This document shows positions 37,280 through 46,774 of a stretch of 64,000 bases of DNA, piece by piece. The stretch covers positions 4,662 through 68,661 of the forward strand of contig JAJFGV010000008.1 in assembly GCA_021775965.1 (NCBI GenBank). Reading direction: 5' to 3'. The position numbers and the translations under genes are program-made. How positions within the stretch are numbered: position 1 is the first letter of the stretch; every line of letters begins with the position of its first letter. The DNA comes from Alphaproteobacteria bacterium. Lineage in GTDB: Bacteria > Pseudomonadota > Alphaproteobacteria > Micavibrionales > Micavibrionaceae. The notes beneath the pieces were generated by a model, which saw only the letters and a list, made by a program, of their open reading frames with translations, was not told the origin of the DNA and made no database searches.

Positions 37280-37333
37280 ATGAACAGACAAGCAGAAAAT
37301 CTAAACCTATTACTGCTCTTACTTCGCCCCTGA
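37280..37333 (+). promoter_or_regulatory. candidate leucine leader peptide (MNRQAENLNLLLLLLRP) upstream of leuA
   Basis: 17 codons, 7 of them Leu, 6 consecutive and using 4 different Leu codons. The stop codon is embedded in the 5' arm of a long nested stem-loop (37327-37372). Confidence 0.55.
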
Positions 37334-37425
37334 GCGGGTATGAGGCGCTTGGCTGCGCCTGCGCTCCAGGGGAACAAAACTCCAAACATTGATAAACAGA
37401 CAAAAGCGCTTTAAAAGGGGCAGCT

Positions 37426-38985
37426 ATGACCAATAAAGACCAAATTGTTATATTCGACACGACATTAAGAGACGGTGAACAATCGCCGGGCTGTTCGATG
37501 AATCTCGAAGAGAAGCTGAAAATGGCAAGGCTTCTCGATGAGATGGGTGTCGATATTATCGAAGCCGGGTTTCCTGTCGCTTCACCCGGCGATTTTGAAG
37601 CGGTGCATGAAATCGCCAAGACCGTCAAAAACTCTGTTGTCTGCGGATTGTCACGCGCCAAAAAGGCCGATATCGAAGCCTCTGGCGATGCGATCAAACC
37701 GGCAAAGCGAAAACGCATTCACACCTTTATCTCCACCTCACCGTTGCATATGAAGCACAAACTGCAAATGCCGCCGGAAGAAGTTCTGGATGCCGTATCC
37801 GAGAGTGTGACTTTCGCGCGTAAGTTTACCGATGATGTCGAGTGGAGCGCCGAAGATGCCAGCCGCACCGAAGATGATTTTCTGTGTCGTGCGGTTGAGA
37901 TTGCAATCAACTCTGGCGCAACGACAGTGAACATTCCCGATACGGTTGGCTACACCATTCCCGAAGAATATGGCGCCAAAATTGCAATGCTGTTTGAACG
38001 CGTGCCGAACATCGACAAAGCGATTATCTCCACGCATTGTCACAATGATCTTGGCCTCGCTGTGGCCAATAGTCTGGCTGGCGTAGCAAATGGCGCGCGG
38101 CAGATTGAATGCACGATCAACGGTATTGGCGAGCGCGCGGGCAATGCGGCGCTCGAGGAAATTGTTATGGCGCTGCGCACGCGTCACGACATGATGCCTT
38201 ACACCACCAATATTGAGACGGAAAAAATTACCAAAATTTCACGCACCCTTTCGTCGATTACCGGCTTTGCCGTGCAGCCGAACAAGGCGATTGTCGGGGC
38301 CAATGCCTTTGCCCATGAAAGCGGCATTCACCAGGATGGTATGCTTAAGCACGCCAATACCTATGAGATCATGACGCCGGAATCGGTGGGACTGACCGAG
38401 AGCAAACTGGTGATGGGAAAGCATTCGGGCCGTCATGCGTTTAAAACCAAACTGGCGGAACTGGGGTTCGATCTTGGTGACAATGCGCTACAGGAGGCAT
38501 TCGCGCGGTTTAAAAATCTTGCCGATAAAAAGAAAGAAATTTTTGAAGACGACCTCATTGCGCTGGTCGAAGATGAAGTTGTGCGCGAAAATGAAAGTAT
38601 AAAGTTTATTTCCCTGCAGATACAGGCCGGGACGACGGGCCCACAAACCGCCGACATGGTTCTTGAAATTGATGGCGAAGAGAAAGCGAAGAAGGTCGAA
38701 GGCAACGGCCCTGTCGATGCGATCTTTAAAGCCATCCGCGAAATCGTTCCGCACCCCGATGCGCATCTGCAACTTTACCAGGTGCACGCGATTACCGGCG
38801 GTACAGACGCGCAGGCCGAGGTGACGGTGCGGCTGGAGGAAAATGGCCGGACGGTGAACGGGCAAGGCGCTGACGCCGATACACTGGTTGCCAGCGCGCG
38901 GGCTTATATTAATGCGCTCAACAAACTTATGATGAAACGCGAAGGCTTCAATCCGCAAACCGCGAGTGAAGCGGTAGCACCTTAG
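37426..38985 (+). CDS. leuA: 2-isopropylmalate synthase
   Basis: IFDTTLRDGEQSPG and HCHNDLGLAVAN motifs. C-terminal LeuA dimerisation/regulatory domain. Confidence 0.95.
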   Translation: MTNKDQIVIFDTTLRDGEQSPGCSMNLEEKLKMARLLDEMGVDIIEAGFPVASPGDFEAVHEIAKTVKNSVVCGLSRAKKADIEASGDAIKPAKRKRIHTFISTSPLHMKHKLQMPPEEVLDAVSESVTFARKFTDDVEWSAEDASRTEDDFLCRAVEIAINSGATTVNIPDTVGYTIPEEYGAKIAMLFERVPNIDKAIISTHCHNDLGLAVANSLAGVANGARQIECTINGIGERAGNAALEEIVMALRTRHDMMPYTTNIETEKITKISRTLSSITGFAVQPNKAIVGANAFAHESGIHQDGMLKHANTYEIMTPESVGLTESKLVMGKHSGRHAFKTKLAELGFDLGDNALQEAFARFKNLADKKKEIFEDDLIALVEDEVVRENESIKFISLQIQAGTTGPQTADMVLEIDGEEKAKKVEGNGPVDAIFKAIREIVPHPDAHLQLYQVHAITGGTDAQAEVTVRLEENGRTVNGQGADADTLVASARAYINALNKLMMKREGFNPQTASEAVAP

Positions 38986-39002
38986 GATTCCCATAAATTT
39001 TC

Positions 39003-39031
39003 TTGACATAACTGCAAGTGTTACTTAAAGT
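39003..39031 (+). promoter_or_regulatory. candidate sigma70-type promoter
   Basis: TTGACA (39003-39008), 17-nt spacer, TAAAGT (39026-39031), ~30 nt upstream of the 39064 ATG. Confidence 0.4.
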
Positions 39032-39063
39032 GCCTTCTTTTCAATCTATTGAGTAAAAGAATA

Positions 39064-40185
39064 ATGGCTTTAAAAAAGGTTCTTAATCAATTTGTAGCGG
39101 TGGGTTTATCTGTATTGCTTTCAACAGCGGCCTTCGCGGGCGATCTCTCTGGAAAATTTATGGCCGTCGCAGGGCATGAAGATGTTGGTGGTGGTGCTTC
39201 CTTTGCTCCAATGCCAAATCTGCGGGGAAGTTTGACTGCAAACCATGGTAAAAGTTTTCTCTGGGAATCTACGACATTTAGAAGTGCCTTTAATGCTACT
39301 ACCCAAAATAATAAAACAATGTTTCAGGCTGGCGCTGGCTTAAAACCGCGAGAAGCAAGAGTGACTTTCAAAGGTATAGGTGGTTGTACAGATTTAAGCG
39401 GCGGGTTGTTTGAGCCGGTCAATTATTCTCCATCGAGAGCATGGGAACTGGACTTTTATGGGCTTACACCGCCATCAGCAGCGGAGGATATTCCAACCTT
39501 TCAGAATTTAATTACACAGAGTCTTATAGGCGGCGCCTTGAAGCATAGATTCCATTGTAAACGAGACGGAAATGCAATTCTTGATGTTGCTTTGTTTAAA
39601 GTGGCACCAAAGTCTTTACGCAAAATTTATGGTCAGGGCGTAGATCCTTTGCCAACTAAAAATATAGTTGGTGGTTCCGATACACTTTCTATACGTGTTG
39701 ATGCAAGGAACAAACATATCCTGGGGTCTGAAACATCAATAGGATACGGTGGTAATTTTACGCATCTACAGGCGGGCGAAACAACATCTGCGCAAACGAC
39801 TTATCTTGCCCATACTGTTTTTGATCATTCTATTTATCGTGTCTTTTTTGAAGGGGGATATGCCAAGAATCTTAAAGGTAATCCTAAAAACACAGGAACT
39901 TATCTTTATGGTTACGCGCAGGCTGTTTTCCCAACACCTGTGGAAAGTATAAAAATACCTTTCTCCGTTTTTGCTGCTAAAAATGTTGTAACCGATTTTC
40001 TTGGTAAGGAAGTGTATGGCGCAGAAACGGGTTTTGAATGGAAAGCCTATGAAGGTAATGGTCATAGTCTAAGTTTTGCGACTAAAGGTGGTTTACGGAG
40101 CGGTGGACCCGGAAAAAAAGTTGAACCGCTTGTTCAGTGGCTGATGAGATACGATTTTGACACTAACCTCGCATATGTTCGTTAA
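39064..40185 (+). CDS. secreted / probable outer-membrane protein, function unknown
   Basis: Signal peptide MALKKVLNQFVAVGLSVLLSTAAFA|GD. The body has alternating Gly/aromatic-rich beta-strand-like character. Confidence 0.6.
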   Translation: MALKKVLNQFVAVGLSVLLSTAAFAGDLSGKFMAVAGHEDVGGGASFAPMPNLRGSLTANHGKSFLWESTTFRSAFNATTQNNKTMFQAGAGLKPREARVTFKGIGGCTDLSGGLFEPVNYSPSRAWELDFYGLTPPSAAEDIPTFQNLITQSLIGGALKHRFHCKRDGNAILDVALFKVAPKSLRKIYGQGVDPLPTKNIVGGSDTLSIRVDARNKHILGSETSIGYGGNFTHLQAGETTSAQTTYLAHTVFDHSIYRVFFEGGYAKNLKGNPKNTGTYLYGYAQAVFPTPVESIKIPFSVFAAKNVVTDFLGKEVYGAETGFEWKAYEGNGHSLSFATKGGLRSGGPGKKVEPLVQWLMRYDFDTNLAYVR

Positions 40186-40801
40186 TCTTCTCAAAAACAT
40201 CTTCAAACATCTCCGTCGTCAAGCGCTTCGTATTGGTGTTGTAGCGTGAGCAGTGGTAGCTGTCGATTAAAGTGATGCCGCCCATATCATGCATTGCCCC
40301 ATGTGCAAATTTATGCGCGCTGATTTTCTGGCCAAAGGTTTTGACAACCGCATTATGCGAGATTAGGCCAAGAGAGAGAATGGTTTTCAAATTCTCCATC
40401 GTCTCAATCTCATCCACCAAAAAAGGGCGGCAGGTATTCATCTCTTCTGTGATTGGTTTGTTTTCCGGCGGCACGCAGCGCACGGCATTGGTGATACGGC
40501 AGTTCTTTAATTCCAGCCCGTCATCTGCGCGGGCTTCATAATTTCCTTGCGCAAAGCCGAACTTCAAAAGCGTCGCATAGAGCAAATCCCCGGCATAATC
40601 GCCGGTAAACGGCCTGCCGCTGAAATTGGCGCCTTTCAGGCCCGGTGCCAGTCCAACTATCAATAATTCAGCTGTTTTCGGCCCAAAAGACGGCACCGGC
40701 GCATTGAATTTATCCGGGAATTTCCCCCGGTTTTCTGCGCGAAAACCTTCCAGGCGCGGGCATAAATTGCAGTCTTTCTCTGGTGCTTTCTCCGGGATCA
40801 T
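40163..40801 (-). CDS. uracil-DNA glycosylase superfamily protein (family 4/5-like)
   Basis: Start taken at MIPEK. CNLCPRL Fe-S Cys region and GLAPGLKGANFSGRPFTGDYAGDLLY active-site motif, resembling the UDGb GLAPA..G.N.TGR.FTGD motif. The 3' end overlaps the previous gene by 23 bp. Confidence 0.75.
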   Translation of the reverse strand: MIPEKAPEKDCNLCPRLEGFRAENRGKFPDKFNAPVPSFGPKTAELLIVGLAPGLKGANFSGRPFTGDYAGDLLYATLLKFGFAQGNYEARADDGLELKNCRITNAVRCVPPENKPITEEMNTCRPFLVDEIETMENLKTILSLGLISHNAVVKTFGQKISAHKFAHGAMHDMGGITLIDSYHCSRYNTNTKRLTTEMFEDVFEKINEHMRG

Positions 40802-40881
40802 GATTTTCCACCCCAATGCTTGCTTTTTAAGGAAAAACTGACTATAAAGCCATCTCTGGCAAAAGCAAAAGGACATTATTT

Positions 40882-41277
40882 ATGGCACGCGTTACCGTAG
40901 AAGATTGTATCGACAAAGTAACAAACCGTTTTGAACTGGTTATGGTTGCAGCACAAAGAGCCCGCAAAATCGGCTCTGGCGCGCCGCTGACGATTGAGCG
41001 CGACGATGACAAAAACTGTGTGGTTTCGCTGCGCGAAATCGCCGGCGAAAATGTTGGCGTTGAAGATCTCAAAGAGGAGCTCACCCGTTCTCACCAGCGC
41101 ATTATCGCGCAGGAAGAAGAGGAGGAGCCCGCTGACCTCATGGATGGCGAAGAGGAATGGAACGCCATGGCAGCGCGCAAGGTTGATCCGGATTTGGATA
41201 TTAATGACGATGATGACTCTGATGATGGTAGCGAGCCGTCACTGGAAGATCTTGCGGGTAAACCAGCAGAAGAATAA
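40882..41277 (+). CDS. rpoZ: DNA-directed RNA polymerase omega subunit
   Basis: [30 protein letters not shown], with an acidic tail. Confidence 0.95.
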   Translation: MARVTVEDCIDKVTNRFELVMVAAQRARKIGSGAPLTIERDDDKNCVVSLREIAGENVGVEDLKEELTRSHQRIIAQEEEEEPADLMDGEEEWNAMAARKVDPDLDINDDDDSDDGSEPSLEDLAGKPAEE

Positions 41278-41302
41278 TTGTTCTGCCCTAATATAATCAC
41301 CA

Positions 41303-41330
41303 AAGCCGGGTCGTTTTACCCGGCTTTTTT
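41303..41330 (+). terminator. rho-independent terminator after rpoZ
   Basis: AAGCCGGGT / ACCCGGCTT 9-bp stem, 6-nt loop, then a T-run. Confidence 0.75.
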
Positions 41331-41429
41331 ATGTGGTCCAAATCATTCATGATTTTTACAGCTTTTCATGCTACTTTAAGTCTATGGAATATACTGATAA
41401 ACCCGGACTCAGAGCATGATTGAGCGTCT

Positions 41430-43592
41430 ATGATTGAACAAAGTGATCTTGTCGACCAGATAAAAGCCTATAAGCCTGATCTCGACCCTGCAATGGTTGA
41501 GCAGGCCTATGACTATGCCAAAAAAATGCATGACGGTCAGACCCGGGCGTCGGGTGAGCCTTATTATACCCATCCGGTCGAGGTCGCCAGTATTCTCGCC
41601 GACATGAAAATGGATACCGGCACGATTATCACGGCGATTTTGCATGACACGCTTGAGGATACAGAGGCCACCTACGAGGATTTGAAAAAGATATTTGGTG
41701 AAGAGGTTGCTGATCTGGTCAACGGGGTTAGCAAGCTAACACGGATCGAAAGCCAAACCGTCGAAGGCAAGCAGGCCGAAAATTTTAGGAAATTATTATT
41801 GGCGATGTCGGAAGATATTCGTGTTTTGTTGGTGAAGCTGGCCGATCGTCTGCACAATATGCGCACGCTTGATGGTTTTAAAAATAAGGAAAAACAGCGC
41901 CGCATCGCACTTGAAACGCTGGAAATCTATGCGCCGCTGGCCGAGCGCATTGGTGTTCATCAGATCAAGGAAGAGCTGGAGGATTTGGCCTTTAGTGTTT
42001 TAAATGCCGAAGCGCGTGGGAGCCTTGCCAAGCGTCTTGATTTTTTACGCAGCGAAGGCACGGGCATTGTCGACACTATTATTAGCGAGCTGACAAATCT
42101 GTTTAAAGATGCCGATATTGGTGCCGAGATCACGGGCCGTGAAAAAACGCGCTATTCGATCTGGAAAAAAATGCAGCGTAAAAATGTAACCTTCGAACAG
42201 CTCTCCGATGTGATGGCGTTTCGTATTGTCGTGGAGGACGTTGGGGATTGCTACAACGTTCTTGGTCTGTTGCATAGTCATTACCCCAGCGTTCCCGGAC
42301 GGTTCAAGGATTATATCTCGACACCCAAACCCAATGGCTACCGCTCGATTCACACCACAGTGATGGGGCCGGAGCAACAACGGATCGAAATTCAAATTCG
42401 TACCAGGGAAATGCATTACGAGGCCGATCTCGGCGTTGCCGCGCATTGGGCGTATAAAGAAGGTGAGATGCCGAGCCTCAAGGATGTCAAAAAATATCGC
42501 TGGCTGCGCGAGCTTCTCGAGATTCTGGAACAAGAACAACGGCCCGAAGATTTCTGGGAAAATACAAAGTTAGAATTGTTTCAGGAACAGGTCTATGTGT
42601 TCTCACCCAAGGGCGATTTGATTGAGCTTCCCAATGGCGCGACGCCAATTGATTTTGCCTATGCCATTCACTCCGATGTTGGTGACAAATGCGTTGGCGC
42701 CAAAATAAACGGCCGCATCGCGCCGCTGAACACCGCGCTCAGCAATGGTGACCAGGTCGATATCATCACCGCCAAGACCCAGAATCCGTCACCGACATGG
42801 GAACGGTTCGTGGTCACTGGCAAGGCACGCTCACATATCCGCAAATTTATTCGCAACCAGCAGCGCGGCGAATATGTGACACTCGGCAAGGCGATGCTGC
42901 AGAAAATTTTCCGCCAGGAAGGCTATGATTTCACCGAAAAGGCTGTGAATGGTATTCTTAAGAAATTCAAGGCAGAAGAAAGCGATGACATCTATGCCAA
43001 TATTGGATCAGGCGTACTGGTTGCACGCGATGTTTTCAAAGCTATTTTTCCAGCGCATAAAACTGAAATTGCAAAGCGGCCGGCCTCGGATATGGATCAC
43101 GCTGCGATGTTCCGCCCGCCCGAAGCCGGTAAGGACGCGCCGATGCCGATCAAGGGGCTTATCCCTGGTATGGCGATGCATTTTGCGCGTTGCTGTCACC
43201 CGCTTCCGGGGGACCGTATTGTCGGCATCGTGACAACTGGCAAGGGCGTGACCATTCATACGATTGATTGTGAAACGCTCGAGACTTTTGCTGATACGCC
43301 CGAAAGATGGTTAGACGTGTCATGGGGTGAGGGGTCGGATACGCCGGAATCGCATGTTGGACGGTTGAACCTTACCTTTATCAATGAGGCTGGTGCGCTC
43401 GGCACCATTACAACGGTGATCGGAATTAATGGTGGCAATATTACGAATTTGAAAATCACCAATCGCTCGGTTGATTTTTGGGATATCGTTATTGATATCT
43501 ATGTGAATGATACCAAGCACCTCAATAATCTTATCGCCGCTCTGCGTGCCACACCGATTGTCGCGAGTGTTGAGCGGGCGCGAGGACGATAA
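41430..43592 (+). CDS. spoT: bifunctional (p)ppGpp synthetase/hydrolase (RelA/SpoT homologue)
   Basis: HD domain (HPVEVA...ILHDTLEDT), RelA/SpoT synthetase region (YRSIHTTV), TGS and ACT domains. 720 aa, in the conserved position after rpoZ. Confidence 0.95.
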   Translation: MIEQSDLVDQIKAYKPDLDPAMVEQAYDYAKKMHDGQTRASGEPYYTHPVEVASILADMKMDTGTIITAILHDTLEDTEATYEDLKKIFGEEVADLVNGVSKLTRIESQTVEGKQAENFRKLLLAMSEDIRVLLVKLADRLHNMRTLDGFKNKEKQRRIALETLEIYAPLAERIGVHQIKEELEDLAFSVLNAEARGSLAKRLDFLRSEGTGIVDTIISELTNLFKDADIGAEITGREKTRYSIWKKMQRKNVTFEQLSDVMAFRIVVEDVGDCYNVLGLLHSHYPSVPGRFKDYISTPKPNGYRSIHTTVMGPEQQRIEIQIRTREMHYEADLGVAAHWAYKEGEMPSLKDVKKYRWLRELLEILEQEQRPEDFWENTKLELFQEQVYVFSPKGDLIELPNGATPIDFAYAIHSDVGDKCVGAKINGRIAPLNTALSNGDQVDIITAKTQNPSPTWERFVVTGKARSHIRKFIRNQQRGEYVTLGKAMLQKIFRQEGYDFTEKAVNGILKKFKAEESDDIYANIGSGVLVARDVFKAIFPAHKTEIAKRPASDMDHAAMFRPPEAGKDAPMPIKGLIPGMAMHFARCCHPLPGDRIVGIVTTGKGVTIHTIDCETLETFADTPERWLDVSWGEGSDTPESHVGRLNLTFINEAGALGTITTVIGINGGNITNLKITNRSVDFWDIVIDIYVNDTKHLNNLIAALRATPIVASVERARGR

Positions 43593-43602
43593 AGTAGGGT
43601 GG

Positions 43603-44133
43603 TTAGGCCGGGCAGGTGAGCAGTGCTTCAAACGGGCAGGGGATTTTATCGCGGCCGCCGAGGCCTTCGAGCTCGATAATGCAAATACCGGCCGAGACTT
43701 TCGACCCGGCCTGTTCGATTAAATTCACCGCCGCGGCCATCGTGCCGCCGGTGGCCAGAAGATCATCAACCAGCACAATATTGGAATTCTTTTCGATCAA
43801 ATCTGTTTGCAGTTCAATCACATCCGATCCGTATTCAAGATCGTACTCATAGGACAAAACTTCACCCGGCAATTTGTCTTTTTTGCGGATCATGCCAAAG
43901 CCGACCCCCATTTCCATTGCTAGTGGGGCGGCAACCAGAAACCCCCGCGATTCAATGCCCATCAACATGTCGGGTTGGTAGAATTCCACTTTCTCGCGCA
44001 GCTGGCCGATGGTTTCGCGCCACGCGGCCGGGTCAGCCAGCAAGGTGGCGATATCATAAAAATTAATGCCCGGTTTTGGGAAATCGGGAACGATGCGGAT
44101 CGAGTCCCGAATATTCATAGCGTCCTTATTCAT
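43603..44133 (-). CDS. apt: adenine phosphoribosyltransferase
   Basis: VLVDDLLATGGT PRPP-binding motif, 176 aa. Confidence 0.93.
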   Translation of the reverse strand: MNKDAMNIRDSIRIVPDFPKPGINFYDIATLLADPAAWRETIGQLREKVEFYQPDMLMGIESRGFLVAAPLAMEMGVGFGMIRKKDKLPGEVLSYEYDLEYGSDVIELQTDLIEKNSNIVLVDDLLATGGTMAAAVNLIEQAGSKVSAGICIIELEGLGGRDKIPCPFEALLTCPA

Positions 44134-44174
44134 AGCTTCCTTGCCCTTCGCCCTTAAGTTTTATTGCTTTTAGC

Positions 44175-44783
44175 ATGGACCGTCCTTATGTTCCAATAAT
44201 GTTTAAACGACGCAAGCCGCGCAGCCTTTTGGGCCATGCAAGAGAAATTTTCTGGCCGTCCATGGGATGGCTGCGGGCAATTAAGTATGCGCGCCACCGC
44301 GTTGTGCGCCTGTCCGACAGCACGCATAAGATTGCCGCCGGGCTGGCGGTTGGTGCGGCAATGTCCTTTTCGCCGCTGGTTGGCCTGCACTTTCTCCAGA
44401 CCGCGATTGTTTGTTATTTGCTGCGTTTAAATATTCTGGCCTCTTTCGTCGGTACGGCCGTTGGCAATCCCTGGACCTTTCCCTTTATCTGGTGGGCCAG
44501 CTATACGCTGGGCAGTTATATTTTCGGCCTGTTTGGCTGGAGCGGCGCGGCGGACCTTCCCGATGAAATGACGCTCAGTATTTTATGGGAGATCATCAAA
44601 ACCCAGCCGATGCAGATTTTCCTGCCCTGGATGCTGGGTGGTTATCTGATCGGCTTTGTTGTATGGTTTCCGGCATATTTCGCGTTTTATCCAATGATAA
44701 AAGCAGGCCGGGCCGCGCGGCGCCGCGTCCGTTTGAAGCGGATGCATGCAGCGGCGAAAGAATTAACGGGACAGGCAGAATAA
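44175..44783 (+). CDS. DUF2062-family membrane protein
   Basis: [19 protein letters not shown] and NPWTFPFIW motifs typical of DUF2062. Located upstream of acpS. Confidence 0.7.
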   Translation: MDRPYVPIMFKRRKPRSLLGHAREIFWPSMGWLRAIKYARHRVVRLSDSTHKIAAGLAVGAAMSFSPLVGLHFLQTAIVCYLLRLNILASFVGTAVGNPWTFPFIWWASYTLGSYIFGLFGWSGAADLPDEMTLSILWEIIKTQPMQIFLPWMLGGYLIGFVVWFPAYFAFYPMIKAGRAARRRVRLKRMHAAAKELTGQAE

Positions 44784-45184
44784 TGATTGTTGGTATTGGC
44801 AGTGATTTAATCGATATCCGGCGTGTCGAAAAGGTGATGGGGCGTTTTGAAACGCGTTTTATTGCGCGCTGTTTTACGGATACCGAGCAGAAAAAAGCCG
44901 AGCGCCGCCGTGGCGCCGGTACTCATATTGATACCTATGCCAAGCGCTTTGCCGCCAAGGAAGCGTGCTCAAAGGCTTTGGGCACCGGCTTTAATCAGGG
45001 CGTATATATGAAAGATATCGGTGTGGTCAATGATGCGTCCGGGCGGCCAAGCCTTGAGCTTACCGGCGGTGCGCGCGGGCGGCTGGAGGCAATGGTGCCA
45101 AAGGGTCTCAAGCCCTCCATTCATCTGACCATCACCGACGAGCCGCCTTTGGCCAAAGCCGTTGTTATTATTGAGGCCCTCTAG
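44783..45184 (+). CDS. acpS: holo-ACP synthase
   Basis: TAATG overlap with the upstream gene. [14 protein letters not shown] start, 133 aa. The longer ORF-track start at 44585 is rejected. Confidence 0.9.
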   Translation: MIVGIGSDLIDIRRVEKVMGRFETRFIARCFTDTEQKKAERRRGAGTHIDTYAKRFAAKEACSKALGTGFNQGVYMKDIGVVNDASGRPSLELTGGARGRLEAMVPKGLKPSIHLTITDEPPLAKAVVIIEAL

Positions 45185-45240
45185 GGTTGAAGCTTAATTC
45201 TAGGCTGGTTTTCACCAGAGCTTTGCTATAGAAAACAATC

Positions 45241-46104
45241 ATGATGGAAGAACAACTTCAGAAAACAGAAGAAAAGCCGCATGAGCCTCCCATGAGCGCC
45301 AAGGAAGAGCTGTCTGAATTTTTTAGAACGGCCCTGATTGCCGTCGTGCTGGCCTTGCTGATCCGCACCTTTATGTATGAGCCGTTTAATATTCCATCCG
45401 GTTCGATGAAACCGACACTGGAGATTGGCGATTATCTGTTCGTTCACAAGCCTGCTTATGGCTACAGCAAACATTCTTTTCCTTTTAGTATTGCTCCGAT
45501 GGAAGGGCGTGTCTGGTCAAAGCCACCGCAGCGCGGTGATATTATTGTTTTCAAACTGCCTTCAAACACACGCATTGATTACATCAAACGTGTTGTTGCT
45601 TTGCCGGGTGAGACGGTACAGGTGAGAGAAGGGCGGCTTTATATTAATGGCGATCTTGTCCCGCGTGAAGCTGTCGTTCTTCAACGTGTTGACGATCAGT
45701 ATCGCGGAGAAGTTAAGGCGATGGAATATATCGAAACCTTGCCTGGTGGGGTCATACACCGCATCTACGAAGAAGACGATGACCGTCCTTATGATAACAC
45801 CGAGCTGTTCACGGTGCCGGAAGATCATTATTTCGTTATGGGCGATAACCGCGACAATTCGCAGGACAGCCGGGCACCGGGCGCTGGTGTGGGCTATGTT
45901 CCGTATGAAAATATTGTTGGTAAGGCGGACTTTATATTCTTTTCCACCAACGGTCATGCGCGGTTGATGGAAATCTGGAAATGGCCGTGGAGCATTCGTT
46001 ATGACCGCGTCTTTGTTAATCTTGATCCTGTGCGCCCTGATCATGAGGCGTTGGAAGAAAACGCTTTAGAAGAGAGCACTATGAAAGACTCTCGAAGTGA
46101 ATAA
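45241..46104 (+). CDS. lepB: signal peptidase I
   Basis: PSGSMKPTL (catalytic Ser), KRVVALPGE, GDNRDNSQDSR boxes. Confidence 0.95.
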   Translation: MMEEQLQKTEEKPHEPPMSAKEELSEFFRTALIAVVLALLIRTFMYEPFNIPSGSMKPTLEIGDYLFVHKPAYGYSKHSFPFSIAPMEGRVWSKPPQRGDIIVFKLPSNTRIDYIKRVVALPGETVQVREGRLYINGDLVPREAVVLQRVDDQYRGEVKAMEYIETLPGGVIHRIYEEDDDRPYDNTELFTVPEDHYFVMGDNRDNSQDSRAPGAGVGYVPYENIVGKADFIFFSTNGHARLMEIWKWPWSIRYDRVFVNLDPVRPDHEALEENALEESTMKDSRSE

Positions 46105-46771
46105 GCCTATCGAAGCCCTCGAAGAAAAAATTGGCCATCTTTTTGGTGATAAGGACTTGCTCCGCACCGCTCTTACCCATTCAAGCACAGGCCACAAAAC
46201 CAACTATGAACGGCTTGAATTTTTGGGCGATCGGGTGCTGGGCCTGGTCGTGGCGCAGCTTCTCTACGAAAAATTCCCCGAGGAAAACGAAGGTGATCTT
46301 GCCAAGCGGCTGTCTTCGCTGGTGCAGGGCTCAATGCTGGCCGAAATGGCAGCCAAAATAGATCTTGGCGGTTATATCCATTTTTCTGATGCTGAGCGCA
46401 GCGCCGGTGGCAGCGAAAATGATAATATTCTGGCTGATGTCTTTGAATCTCTGATCGGAGCGCTTTATCTGGAGGGTGGGCTGGAGCCGCCGGAAAAGCT
46501 GATCCGTGCGCTTTGGGCTGATGTTCTGGACACCATGAAGACCCCGCCGCAGCACCCGAAAACGGCGCTGCAGGAATGGGCGCAGGGAGAAGCTCTGCCG
46601 CTGCCCGTCTATGAGATTGTGGGCCAAAGTGGTCCAGACCATGCACCTGTTTTTGATATAAAACTTGAGGTCAAAGGATTTGATCCTATTGTGGCGCAGG
46701 GACGCACGCGTCAGGAAGCTGAAAAGGAAGTGGCGCACGCGTTTTTAAAAAAAATAAAAAAGGATCAGTAG
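46097..46771 (+). CDS. rnc: ribonuclease III
   Basis: GTG start overlapping lepB. ERLEFLGDRVL signature and a C-terminal dsRBD. Confidence 0.95.
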   Translation: MNKPIEALEEKIGHLFGDKDLLRTALTHSSTGHKTNYERLEFLGDRVLGLVVAQLLYEKFPEENEGDLAKRLSSLVQGSMLAEMAAKIDLGGYIHFSDAERSAGGSENDNILADVFESLIGALYLEGGLEPPEKLIRALWADVLDTMKTPPQHPKTALQEWAQGEALPLPVYEIVGQSGPDHAPVFDIKLEVKGFDPIVAQGRTRQEAEKEVAHAFLKKIKKDQ

Positions 46772-46774
46772 ACA

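Noticed and set aside
37327-37372. Interpreting the helix after the Leu leader as a classic intrinsic attenuator terminator.
   Set aside because: No U-tract follows the helix; it is followed by AACAAAACTCC. I therefore report only the leader peptide and the structure, not a terminator.
37278-37718. 146-aa minus-strand ORF.
   Set aside because: It is antisense to the 5' part of leuA and to the leader region, with low-complexity composition.
44585-44782. Long N-terminal extension of acpS suggested by the ORF track (start at 44585).
   Set aside because: It would overlap the DUF2062 gene by ~200 bp. The conserved AcpS N-terminus MIVGIGSD begins at 44783 with a TAATG coupling.
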